Both the position numbers and the translations under genes were made by a program. Of a stretch of 64,000 nucleotides of DNA, positions 44,231 to 53,538 are shown piece by piece. Positions within the stretch are counted from its first letter, which is position 1, and the number at the start of each line of letters is the position of its first letter. The stretch is from Verrucomicrobiota bacterium (GTDB lineage: Bacteria > Verrucomicrobiota > Verrucomicrobiia > Limisphaerales > AAA164-E04): contig JALRAZ010000454.1 in assembly GCA_023257935.1 (NCBI GenBank), forward strand, positions 3,214 to 67,213, read 5' to 3'. The notes beneath the pieces were generated by a model that saw only the letters and a list, made by a program, of their open reading frames with translations, searched no databases and was not told the origin of the DNA.

Positions 44231-45202
44231 TCAGTTAAGCCGATGGAGCAAATAGTCAGCTAAAGCGTGTAATGCCGTTGCCTTTTTACCCAGTGGGCCT
44301 AACGCAGCAAAAGCCTTTTGAGTCAGATAGCTGGCCTTGCGCTTGGATCGATCCAATCCCATAAGAGCTGGGTAAGTTGCCTTGTCCGCTGCTTGGTCCT
44401 TGCCCGCTGTCTTGCCCAACTGATCACTAGATTGGGTCACATCCAAGATATCGTCAACCACTTGGAAGGCCAGACCCACGTGATAGCCGAAGGTGGTCAG
44501 GGCTTCGAGTTGACGCGGTGTGGCGTTAGCTGCCATGCCACCAAGACGCAATGAGGCAGTGAGTAATGCTGCTGTCTTGGAAGCGTGAATGAACTGGAGC
44601 TGCTTGAGTGAGACCCCCTGGTTGCCCTCGGCTTCCATATCCGCAACCTGGCCCGCAATCATGCCCCTTGAACCCGAAGCACGCGCGAGTTCCCGAACCA
44701 TTGCAGCATGCCCATAACGTTGGGTAGGTCGTGTATCGGTGAGGATTTCAAAAGCAATGGTCAAAAGCGCATCCCCGGCCAGGATCGCCATGGCTTCCCC
44801 GTATACCTTGTGGCTGGTCGGCCTACCGCGCCGGAGATCATCATTATCCATTGCTGGGAGATCATCATGTATCAGCGAATAGGTATGAACGCACTCTAGC
44901 GCACAAGCAGGAGCCAGCGCCGCCTCCTGCGAGCCACCACATGAAGCGGCAGCTGCCAGACAGAGTGCTGGACGCATGCGCTTGCCTCCAGCAAAGAGCG
45001 AGTACCTCATGGCCTCATGAATCGTTGCTGGCTTGATTCGAGATGCGGGCAAATAGTGAGAAAGGGCTTTATCCACCAATCTGGTGGTTTGGCCCAGGTA
45101 ACCTTTGAGATCAAAGGGGGTTCCTTCAGCCTCCCTGTCGGCGGCAGGTCGCTTGCTCTGGGATGAACTCATGATGCGGTTATTAAGGCACGATGTGGCC
45201 AT
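44231..45202 (-). CDS. Polyprenyl diphosphate synthase (FPP/GGPP synthase type)
   Basis: First Asp-rich motif LIHDDLPAMDNDDLRRGRPT; second is FQVVDDILD. An alternative ATG is at 45172. Confidence 0.9.
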   Translation of the reverse strand: MATSCLNNRIMSSSQSKRPAADREAEGTPFDLKGYLGQTTRLVDKALSHYLPASRIKPATIHEAMRYSLFAGGKRMRPALCLAAAASCGGSQEAALAPACALECVHTYSLIHDDLPAMDNDDLRRGRPTSHKVYGEAMAILAGDALLTIAFEILTDTRPTQRYGHAAMVRELARASGSRGMIAGQVADMEAEGNQGVSLKQLQFIHASKTAALLTASLRLGGMAANATPRQLEALTTFGYHVGLAFQVVDDILDVTQSSDQLGKTAGKDQAADKATYPALMGLDRSKRKASYLTQKAFAALGPLGKKATALHALADYLLHRLN

Positions 45203-45322
45203 TCATCAAGAACGAACCATGGCGGGCTCGGTCAAGCCTGAGTGGACGCCTGCATGGCAAATCGAAAGGGGCACGTTCCTTTGCTATGGTGCTTTGCATG
45301 CAGACCGGTTTAGATATTTACC

Positions 45323-46348
45323 ATGCTGATCCACTTGCGAACCCTTAGACAACCCCTTTGCCTTTTTCTCTTGTTGATAGGGTTCAATACCTCTGCCGAG
45401 GAGCGCAAAGCACTCCGGGAGATCCCACCTTCGCCTTGGAATCAGACCGATGGTGTTCAAGTGGTGGGCATATCATCCAGCGTCGACACAATTAGGCAAA
45501 AGGCAATCTGGCGTGCCGAAGAAAGCAACAAGCCGCGCCCGCTATTGGTTGCCCTGCACAGCTGGTCAGGTGGCTTTGAGCAGGAAGCCGGGTATGCCTA
45601 TTTAACTGAAGCTGTGACCCGTCAGTGGCATTTTATTCATCCAGACTTTCGTGGCATGAATCAGACGCCAGAGGCCACTTGCTCCGATCTGGTGATCCGT
45701 GACATCCTGGATGCTGTCGACTGGTGTCAGGATCATGCTCAAGTTGATGCAAATCGCATCTATCTTGTCGGTGCTTCAGGGGGTGGTATGGCCGCATTAA
45801 TGATGGCTGGAAGAGCCCCTGAAATCTGGGCAGGGGTTTCAAGCTGGGTTCCCATCACCGACCTCTGCCTGTGGCATGCTGAAACCAAGGAACGAGGGCT
45901 ACGTTACACCCGCATGATCGAGGCAAGCTGCGGGGGCACCCCTTACAGCAAAACCGAGACATACCAACAATATCGGACGCGCTCCCCCATTCATCACCTG
46001 CATCAAGCCAAGTCTGTAGCGGTTGATATCAACGCGGGCATTCTGGATGGTCATACCGGAAGTGTTCCCATCGGTCATGCGATCAGAGCTTACAACGTCC
46101 TAGCAAAACCAGAGGATCAGCTCAGCGAGGGAATCATCCGTCACTTGGAAGCCGTCCCCCAGATTCCAGAATCCATGAAAAAACCCCTAGAAAATGATCC
46201 GCTCTATGGGGAAAAGTCACCCTTGTGGCGTCAACAGTCCGGCCAAGTCAGACTGACCCTTTTTGATGGAGGCCATGAAATAATTGTTGCCGCCGCCATG
46301 GATTGGCTGAGCCGTCAGTCAAGGAAAACAGGTGCCCCACCGCCTTGA
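45323..46348 (+). CDS. Secreted alpha/beta-hydrolase (esterase/peptidase S9-like)
   Basis: Signal peptide: LCLFLLLIGFNTSA. Nucleophile elbow: LVGASGGGMAAL (GxSxG). A C-terminal His region follows (FDGGHE). Confidence 0.7.
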   Translation: MLIHLRTLRQPLCLFLLLIGFNTSAEERKALREIPPSPWNQTDGVQVVGISSSVDTIRQKAIWRAEESNKPRPLLVALHSWSGGFEQEAGYAYLTEAVTRQWHFIHPDFRGMNQTPEATCSDLVIRDILDAVDWCQDHAQVDANRIYLVGASGGGMAALMMAGRAPEIWAGVSSWVPITDLCLWHAETKERGLRYTRMIEASCGGTPYSKTETYQQYRTRSPIHHLHQAKSVAVDINAGILDGHTGSVPIGHAIRAYNVLAKPEDQLSEGIIRHLEAVPQIPESMKKPLENDPLYGEKSPLWRQQSGQVRLTLFDGGHEIIVAAAMDWLSRQSRKTGAPPP

Positions 46349-46457
46349 GCAAGGTCCTGGATCCATGCCCTTCATTCATGGATTGTCTGATTCGCAAGAA
46401 TGGCCTACTGTGCCAAATAAATCAGCTCATTGCTGATCCCAATCTGAACAAGGTTTC

Positions 46458-47468
46458 ATGATTCGACTCAAGGACATCGCCAAAGCAGGTAATGTATCCA
46501 TCATGACCGTCTCCAAGGTCATGCGGGATGCTCCTGATATTTCAGGGGCCACCAAAGCTCGCATCAGACGTCTTGCCGAGGAAATGGGCTATGTTCCCGA
46601 TGCGACTGCTCGCGGACTACGAAGCCGAAGCACCCGGCTTCTGGGCCTTGTCATTTCGGCCGCTACCAATCCTATTTATGCCAGAGTCATGATGGCCATA
46701 GAGCAACGGGCTCATCAGGCTGGCTATGACATTCTTTTTGCCCACTCGCTCAACGATCCTGAACGAGAGGCCAACTCGATTCGCCGCTTCCTAGCTCGCC
46801 GGGTGGATGGGCTCTTTATTTCTCCGGTTTATCGCCTGGAACCGAATGCCCCTATTTACCAGGAAATCAAGAAGCACAAAGCACCCTGCGTCATCCTTGG
46901 CCACCGAGCGCCTTTTTGTGAAGATTTTGCCAATGTTGAGACCGATAGTCGGACCGCTTCCATGATGGCCACCCGCCACCTGATCGAACTCGGTCATCGA
47001 AGGATTGCCTTTTTTTCAGGACCGCTGGCAGCTCCCTGGGCCAAAGATCGTCTAGAAGGCTACAGACTGGCGTTGAGGGAAGCCCAGATTCCGTGGGATG
47101 ATCAGCGCGTTTATCAAGCCGGTGGCACCATTGAAGAGGGACGTCAGGCTGCGGCTCAGTTTATGGCCGAACAAGGGGACGCTACTGCCATTCAAGCTGT
47201 CAATGACTTGGTCGCCATCGGTGCAGCAGGCCATCTCTTGGATCATGGTTGGGGCATCCCCAATCAGATGTCGATTGTGGGCTTTGGGAACATCCTGACC
47301 AGTGAGCATTTCCGTGTTCCGCTTACCACGGTGCGTCAACCCAAGATGCGCCAAGGAGAAGCGGCTATGGATATCATGGAATCCCTCATCCAAGGCCACG
47401 CACCTTCCTCATTGATTCTACCTGCTGAACTGATCGAGAGATCCAGCACTGCCTCACCAGAAAAGTGA
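46458..47468 (+). CDS. LacI-family transcriptional regulator
   Basis: The N-terminal HTH IRLKDIAKAGNVSIMTVSKVMRD is followed by a periplasmic-binding-protein-like sugar-binding fold of the usual length (336 aa). Confidence 0.92.
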   Translation: MIRLKDIAKAGNVSIMTVSKVMRDAPDISGATKARIRRLAEEMGYVPDATARGLRSRSTRLLGLVISAATNPIYARVMMAIEQRAHQAGYDILFAHSLNDPEREANSIRRFLARRVDGLFISPVYRLEPNAPIYQEIKKHKAPCVILGHRAPFCEDFANVETDSRTASMMATRHLIELGHRRIAFFSGPLAAPWAKDRLEGYRLALREAQIPWDDQRVYQAGGTIEEGRQAAAQFMAEQGDATAIQAVNDLVAIGAAGHLLDHGWGIPNQMSIVGFGNILTSEHFRVPLTTVRQPKMRQGEAAMDIMESLIQGHAPSSLILPAELIERSSTASPEK

Positions 47469-48916
47469 ACGACATCCGTATTGAGTCTGCATTGGGTTCG
47501 AGGCATTTGTTGTCTGGGTTCCATGCTTTTGGCGGGTATCTGCTGGCCTGCTTGCTAGCAGTCATTCCATGCCTTGGCGAAAAATCACCCAGCATCGTCT
47601 TCATCCTGGCTGATGATTGGGGATGGCAGGATTTGAGTTGCCATGGACACCCCTATGTTCAAACGCCCAACCTAGACAGGCTGGCAAGGGAAGGCACCGA
47701 CTTCCATCGTTTTACCGTTGCAAGCGGGGTTTGCTCCCCAAGTCGGACCGCTTTTCTGACTGGGAATTTCCCTGCGATTCACAACATCGATGGTCATTTC
47801 GCATGGGTCGAACAGAATCAGCGACGCAACATGCCCGATTGGTTGGATCCAAGCACCCCCACTCTACCCCGACTCCTGAAGGAAGCTGGCTACGCAACGG
47901 CTCATTTTGGGAAGTGGCATCTGTCCAACGACATGATTCCTGACTCTCCCCTCCCAGGCGATTACGGATTTGATGAGTTTGGCGCCTACAATTGTGCGGG
48001 AGAGCAAATGCCATTCCATGAGGATGCGGCGCGAGCAGGCGATTTTATCGCTAGGAGCGCCAGAGAACAAAAACCTTTTTTTGTGCAGGTATGGCTGCAT
48101 GAGCCCCATACGCCCTTCCATACCTTACCTCGCTACGAGTGGCGATTCAGGCACCTTGAGCGGCGTGAAGATCAAATTTATGCCTCGGTGCTCTCACATG
48201 CCGATGAGCGGATCGGACATATATTGGACACACTTGATCAACTGAGCTTAGCTCAGGAAACCTTGGTGATTTTCTCCTCAGACAATGGACCAGCCAGGGC
48301 AGTAAAACCCACACCACTGAATTTGCAGTATGATACAGCCACGGGAGCAGGCTGGGGAATCGCCGCCTCCAAGGGCCTGACCGGTGGCCGCCGGGGCTAC
48401 AAATCATCTCTCTTTGAGGGAGGTGTTGGGGTCCCATTTATCGTGCGATGGCCAGGGGTTGTTCAAGCTGGAGGAGTGGACAGGGATTCCATCATTTCAG
48501 CCGTTGACCTGATGCCCACATTGTTGGAGTTAGCCGAGGTTCCCTCTAGGGATGAGCTCAAACTAGATGGCATCAACATGCTCGAGATCTGGAAAGGTGG
48601 GACACAACCCAATCGGGCTAAGTCCCTTTTCTGGAAATTCCCCTCTCCATGGCCACCAACCCAGAATCGCCCTGACCACTGGGTCTCCTGGGCGATGGTT
48701 CGAGAGCATTACAAACTGGTTGCCAACCAGGATTTTACACATTTTGCCTTATTTGATCTGGCAAGGGACCCGTTGGAAACAGAAGATCTCTTTAACAGAC
48801 TTCCAGAGCTTGGAGCCAGCATGACCCAAGTCCTGAAAACCTGGAAAACATCCCTGCCTACTCAACCAAAGGGCCAGGTGTTTTCTTCCTTGCGTCAGAA
48901 AGATAAACTGCCCTGA
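47465..48916 (+). CDS. Cys-type sulfatase (formylglycine-dependent)
   Basis: FILADDWGWQD and the CSPSRTAFLTG (C-x-P-x-R) maturation motif. Has an N-terminal hydrophobic signal. The GTG start overlaps the LacI stop (GTGA 47465-47468). Confidence 0.9.
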   Translation: MNDIRIESALGSRHLLSGFHAFGGYLLACLLAVIPCLGEKSPSIVFILADDWGWQDLSCHGHPYVQTPNLDRLAREGTDFHRFTVASGVCSPSRTAFLTGNFPAIHNIDGHFAWVEQNQRRNMPDWLDPSTPTLPRLLKEAGYATAHFGKWHLSNDMIPDSPLPGDYGFDEFGAYNCAGEQMPFHEDAARAGDFIARSAREQKPFFVQVWLHEPHTPFHTLPRYEWRFRHLERREDQIYASVLSHADERIGHILDTLDQLSLAQETLVIFSSDNGPARAVKPTPLNLQYDTATGAGWGIAASKGLTGGRRGYKSSLFEGGVGVPFIVRWPGVVQAGGVDRDSIISAVDLMPTLLELAEVPSRDELKLDGINMLEIWKGGTQPNRAKSLFWKFPSPWPPTQNRPDHWVSWAMVREHYKLVANQDFTHFALFDLARDPLETEDLFNRLPELGASMTQVLKTWKTSLPTQPKGQVFSSLRQKDKLP

Positions 48917-48928
48917 TACCATACCGGA

Positions 48929-49711
48929 TCAGGGATTGCCTTCTGACACAGACCAGCCTCCGTCGACATCCAATACCTGCCCGGTCACAAACCGCGCTGC
49001 ATCGGAAAGCAGAAACGTAGCGGCAGCGTCTAAGTCTTCCGGCAGGCCAATCCGACCTCCATCCAATGGTTGTTTGGAGGCAATGTAGGAGAGGATCGCG
49101 GGGTCCTCTTGAGCCCTGGCAGACATGGGTGTCGCAACAAGTGCCGGACAAAGCAGGTTCACACGGATTGATTGAGAAGCGTAGAACGAAGCCATGGAGC
49201 GTGTCAGCCCCTCCAAGGCGGCCTTGGAGGCTGCGTAGGCATGGGTCGTGAAGAAACGCGATGATGGAGCGTGCCCTAGAACCGATCCACAATTGAGAAT
49301 CGCTCCACCTTGACCCTGATCAAGAAAACAGTTGATTGCTGCACGATTGGAATAGAAAACCGAATCAAGATTGAGTCGAAGCGTTTGCTGCCATCCTTCA
49401 TCAGGGATAGTATGCAGGGGACCGTCGCCAAAGCGACGACCACTGCCACCAGCGACATGATAGAGAGCATCTAAACGCCCCAAAAACTCGCAGGCTTTGG
49501 CCAGGAGTCTCTCCATCGCCTTGGCACAGGAAGCATCGGCGCAGACTGCAATACCCTGCTGGCCTAGCCAGTTGCTAGCATCTTCCAGCTTGCGCTGGTT
49601 TCTTCCCGAAACCACAACCTTGGCACCTTGGTCAAGAAAAGCTCTGGCCGCCGAGGCACCCAAGCCACTGGTCCCACCGACCACCAGAATGTGTTTACCT
49701 TCAAGGTTCAT
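48929..49711 (-). CDS. Short-chain dehydrogenase/reductase (SDR)
   Basis: The ATG at 49711 gives MNLEGKHILVVGGTSGLGAS (TGxxxGxG). Catalytic motif: YAASKAAL (YxxxK). Confidence 0.9.
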   Translation of the reverse strand: MNLEGKHILVVGGTSGLGASAARAFLDQGAKVVVSGRNQRKLEDASNWLGQQGIAVCADASCAKAMERLLAKACEFLGRLDALYHVAGGSGRRFGDGPLHTIPDEGWQQTLRLNLDSVFYSNRAAINCFLDQGQGGAILNCGSVLGHAPSSRFFTTHAYAASKAALEGLTRSMASFYASQSIRVNLLCPALVATPMSARAQEDPAILSYIASKQPLDGGRIGLPEDLDAAATFLLSDAARFVTGQVLDVDGGWSVSEGNP

Positions 49712-49741
49712 GGTCAACGTGGCACAGCAACAACCAAGCTT

Positions 49742-51058
49742 CTAGCGAATCCCTAGCTTTTTGAAACGTGATTTGATCTGTCGGTAATGAAACTCCATAG
49801 AGCAGAGCTTCTCAAGTTCCCCCTTGGCAAAATGTCGAGACACCTCAGGATCAGCCAACAACTGCTTTTTAAAGGCAGCTTGCGTGTCACCTGAATGCTT
49901 GCTCTTCCAGGTCTCCATGGCATTTCGCTGCACCAGAGCGTAGGCGTCTTCCCGTGTCAGCCCCTTCTGGATCAGGGCTAGGAGAACCGTCTGAGAATGC
50001 CACATTCCCAGTGAGAGTTCCATGTTACGTTCCATGTTGGCCGGGTAAACAATAAGTCCTTGAGTGAGGTCGGCGAGTTTGACAAGCATGTAATCCAACA
50101 GCGTACACGAATCAGGGAAAATCACTCTTTCCACTGAGCTATGGCTGATGTCTCGCTCGTGCCAGAGGGCGACATTTTCCAAAGCGGCCAGGGCATTACC
50201 CCGCAAAACACGTGCAAGACCTGTGAGACGCTCGCCGGTGATTGGATTGCGCTTGTGGGGCATGGCACTGGAGCCTTTCTGTCCTTTGGAAAAATACTCT
50301 TCTGCTTCGAGCACTTCCGTGCGCTGCAAGTGCCGAAATTCGGTAGCCCAACGCTCAATACTGGCTCCAACCAGCGCCATGACAGTCATGAATTCAGCAT
50401 GGATATCGCGCTGGACAACTTGGGTGGCAATGGGGGCGGGTTTAAGCCCTAAGCGCCGGCATACTGTCGCTTCAATTTTAGGCGATAGGTGAGCATTGGT
50501 ACCAACGGCTCCCGAGAGTTTTCCAATAGCCACGTGCTTGCGAACTTCCTTCAGACGACGCTCAGCACGACCAAACTCATCGAACATGAGGGCCATCTTC
50601 AAGCCAAAGGTTGTGGGCTCGGCATGAATGCCATGGCTTCGGCCAATCATGGGGGTGAATTGATGCTCCTTAGCCCTTTTGGCAATGACTTCGCGCAGAT
50701 GAGCCACATCCTCGAGCAGGATGTCGACCGACGCCGCCATTTGAACCCCAAAGGCCGTATCAATCAGATCACTGCTGGTCAGCCCGTAATGCAACCATCT
50801 AGATGCGCGGTCATTGATATTTTCAGCCACGTTGGTGGTGAAGGCAATCACATCGTGATTGAGGGTGCGCTCCAGCTCACGACAGCGCTCAATGGAAAAG
50901 GAGGCCCCTTTTTTCATCTTACGAAAGTCTTGCTTGGGCACCAGACCCTGCTCAACGAGAGCCTCAGTAGCCAGCAATTCAATCTCGAGCCAAATTTCGA
51001 GCTTCCGCTGCTCCGTCCAGATGTCCCGCATGGCGGGACGTGAATACCTTGGTATCAT
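49742..51058 (-). CDS. purB: Adenylosuccinate lyase
   Basis: The ATG at 51058 gives MIPRYSRPAMRDIW. Fumarate-lyase signature: GSSAMPHKRNP. Confidence 0.95.
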   Translation of the reverse strand: MIPRYSRPAMRDIWTEQRKLEIWLEIELLATEALVEQGLVPKQDFRKMKKGASFSIERCRELERTLNHDVIAFTTNVAENINDRASRWLHYGLTSSDLIDTAFGVQMAASVDILLEDVAHLREVIAKRAKEHQFTPMIGRSHGIHAEPTTFGLKMALMFDEFGRAERRLKEVRKHVAIGKLSGAVGTNAHLSPKIEATVCRRLGLKPAPIATQVVQRDIHAEFMTVMALVGASIERWATEFRHLQRTEVLEAEEYFSKGQKGSSAMPHKRNPITGERLTGLARVLRGNALAALENVALWHERDISHSSVERVIFPDSCTLLDYMLVKLADLTQGLIVYPANMERNMELSLGMWHSQTVLLALIQKGLTREDAYALVQRNAMETWKSKHSGDTQAAFKKQLLADPEVSRHFAKGELEKLCSMEFHYRQIKSRFKKLGIR

Positions 51059-51202
51059 ATGCAGGAAGAAGAAAAGCAACCCGATGCCAAAAAAAAAGTA
51101 AAAACGTCATCAATTCGGGTCGAGTCTCATAGAAATGGATCCATCACCCTCCCAAGTCCTGCCGGATTGTAGGGGCGATTAGAACAAATGCCACCACCGC
51201 GT

Positions 51203-51231
51203 TTGACAAGATCCGTCTCCAACGATATAGC
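51203..51231 (+). promoter_or_regulatory. Sigma-70-type promoter candidate for the peroxiredoxin gene
   Basis: TTGACA (51203-51208), a 17-nt spacer, then TATAGC (51226-51231). It lies about 37 nt upstream of the ATG at 51268. Confidence 0.45.
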
Positions 51232-51267
51232 TTCAGCGTAAAACGTAATTCTATCTAAATCAAAATC

Positions 51268-51747
51268 ATGGCAATTTCCGTAGGCACCCAAGCCCCTGAC
51301 TTCACGCTCAAATCCAAGAACGCTGATGGCGTGGTGGACATTTCACTCAGCAACAACAAAGGCCAGAAGAACACTGTTCTGCTTTTCTTCCCACTGGCAT
51401 TCACCGGAGTTTGCACAAGCGAACTATGTGATGTGACTGCTGGGCTGAGCCAATACAGCGATTTGAATGCCGATGTGATCGGTATCAGTGTGGACAGCCC
51501 TTTTGCACAGGAAGCATGGGCTCAAAAGGAAAATATTGGCATCACCCTTGCAAGCGACTTGAACAAAAAAACCGCTGCCGACTACGGAGTCCTGCTCGAC
51601 GATCTGCTCGGTTTTGGCTCGACAAGCGCGAGAGCTGCATTTGTTGTCGACAAGCAAGGGGTTGTTCAATACGCCGAGCAAACCCCAACACCCAAGGATC
51701 TACCCAACTTTGATGCGATTAAGGAAACGCTCAAAGGACTTCAGTAA
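51268..51747 (+). CDS. Peroxiredoxin (AhpE-like / AhpC-TSA family)
   Basis: 159 aa. FFPLAFTGVCTSELC contains the peroxidatic Cys in the P-x-x-x-T-x-x-C context. Confidence 0.9.
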   Translation: MAISVGTQAPDFTLKSKNADGVVDISLSNNKGQKNTVLLFFPLAFTGVCTSELCDVTAGLSQYSDLNADVIGISVDSPFAQEAWAQKENIGITLASDLNKKTAADYGVLLDDLLGFGSTSARAAFVVDKQGVVQYAEQTPTPKDLPNFDAIKETLKGLQ

Positions 51748-51770
51748 ATTCCGGAGATCTCGAACTTTAC

Positions 51771-51810
51771 AAAGGTGTTGCTCCCTTTAGGGGGCAGCAC
51801 CTTTTTCGTT
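51771..51810 (+). terminator. Rho-independent terminator after the peroxiredoxin gene
   Basis: A 15-bp stem aaaggtgttgctccc / ttta / gggggcagcaccttt (two G-U pairs) is followed by ttcgtt, which extends the T run. It lies between convergent genes. Confidence 0.8.
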
Positions 51811-51885
51811 GGACGGCCTAGAATCAGTTCAAATGATTTCTTGAGATTCCAGGTTGGAACGGGATCAGTCTGAAAGAGAAGATTA

Positions 51886-53439
51886 CTAAAGGGTGGGACC
51901 AAGCATCCAGGGAGCGAACTCCTCATCCCCCATCCCCTGGGCCTCGCTTTTGGTCGCTTCTCCACTGGCTACCCGAATCATCTGATCAAAGAGTCGATGC
52001 CCCACTTGCGCAACCGACTCATGACCTTCAAGGATACTGCCTGCGTTCACATCCATGTCATCCTCCATCCACTGATAGAGGGGCGTATGGGTCGCTACCT
52101 TGATACAAGGCACGGGCTTGCAGCCAAAGACACTCCCACGACCGGTCGTGAAAACCCCCAAATTGCATCCCCCCGCGACCAAACCCGTCATACTGACAGG
52201 GTCGTTACCAGGAGTATCCATAAAACAGAGGCCTTTTTCTTTGATTCGCTCGGCATAGCGATAAACAGCCTGCAGAGGAGACTGGCCTGCCTTGGCGATA
52301 GCCCCAAGGCTCTTTTCATAAATAGTCGTTAATCCGCCCTCTTTGTTACCGTAGGAGGGGTTATTGTCGATGGTAGCACCAAAGCTAGCTGTGTATTGTT
52401 CCCACCATCGAATCAGATCTACCAGCTGCTCCCCTACTTCTCGCGAACAAGCACGCTGTGTGAGGAGGTGTTCGGCACCGTAGATTTCACTGGTTTCAGC
52501 AAGCACTGAAGTGCCTCCATGGCGAACGAGCAAATCCGAGGCAACTCCTAGGGCTGGGTTTGCGGTGATACCGCTGTTGCCATCAGATCCGCCGCAATTC
52601 ATGGCAAGAGCCAGCTCACTCAACGGGCGTGGGGTGCGCCTCAGCTCATTGAGCTTTGGAAGCATCGCCTCAACAGCTTTGATCCCTGCGTCTACTGTCT
52701 TGGCAATTCCACCAAGGGACTGAATGTTCATGTGGAAGGGGTCTTGACCGCTATGAAGCAAGTCCTTGAGGCCATGACGCTGAATCAATTGGGGAATCTG
52801 GTTGACCTCACAACCCAAGCCAACCAGTAAATAGCCAGATATGTTGGGATGAACAGCCATCCCAGCCAGGACTCGTTGCAGGACCTCTAATGGCTCATCT
52901 GGCATGAGACTACAACCAGATTTGTGTGTCAAAGCCACAACACCATCGACATTGGGGAAGCGACTCATCAGAGCCTCTTTGTTGAAGGGTGCTGCAATGT
53001 AGCGGGAAACCGAGGCCGAGCAGTTGACACTGGATATGATAGCAAGGTAGTTGCGCGTTCCAGAGCGGCGCCCTGCCCCTCGATCATAGCCCTGAAAAGT
53101 GAGCTGCTGCTCAGGTGGAAATAAATCAACCGGACGATGGTTTTCGCCAAAACGGTAGTCCATTCCAAGAGGTCCCATCCCAAGATTATGAGTGTGGACA
53201 TGATCGCCTGGCTGTATGTCCTTAAGGGCAAAGCCTATGATCTGGCCGTATTTTACCAGAGGCTGCCCTGAATCGATAGGTTTCAATGCCAGCTTGTGCC
53301 CTGCGGGAATCGTTCTAGACAGTCTCCAGATTTGAGAGCCCTGCTCGATCACAACACCCGATTTGAGTGTTTTCTTGAGTACGGCAACATGGTCATCGGG
53401 ATGCAGCCGAAGCAACACTTCATCAAAGGACAGATTCAT
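51886..53439 (-). CDS. UxaA-family sugar-acid dehydratase (altronate/galactarate dehydratase type)
   Basis: 517 aa with an N-terminal SAF-like domain. FQGYDRGAGRRSGTRNYLAIISSVNCSASV and the C-terminal GD_AH_C-like region are typical of UxaA/GarD. Confidence 0.85.
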   Translation of the reverse strand: MNLSFDEVLLRLHPDDHVAVLKKTLKSGVVIEQGSQIWRLSRTIPAGHKLALKPIDSGQPLVKYGQIIGFALKDIQPGDHVHTHNLGMGPLGMDYRFGENHRPVDLFPPEQQLTFQGYDRGAGRRSGTRNYLAIISSVNCSASVSRYIAAPFNKEALMSRFPNVDGVVALTHKSGCSLMPDEPLEVLQRVLAGMAVHPNISGYLLVGLGCEVNQIPQLIQRHGLKDLLHSGQDPFHMNIQSLGGIAKTVDAGIKAVEAMLPKLNELRRTPRPLSELALAMNCGGSDGNSGITANPALGVASDLLVRHGGTSVLAETSEIYGAEHLLTQRACSREVGEQLVDLIRWWEQYTASFGATIDNNPSYGNKEGGLTTIYEKSLGAIAKAGQSPLQAVYRYAERIKEKGLCFMDTPGNDPVSMTGLVAGGCNLGVFTTGRGSVFGCKPVPCIKVATHTPLYQWMEDDMDVNAGSILEGHESVAQVGHRLFDQMIRVASGEATKSEAQGMGDEEFAPWMLGPTL

Positions 53440-53538
53440 TGATAGAACCCAGCATGATGGAACCCTTCTCAGGTGACCAGCAAATGATGTAGACCAATTT
53501 CACTTGCCAACCGCAGCCGCGCTACATTTGATGGTGAC

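Noticed and set aside
44066-44263. 65-aa plus-strand ORF in the gap upstream of the secretin operon.
   Set aside because: It runs into the 3-prime end of the polyprenyl synthase gene on the opposite strand and has no motif. The region is better explained as the secretin-operon promoter and leader.
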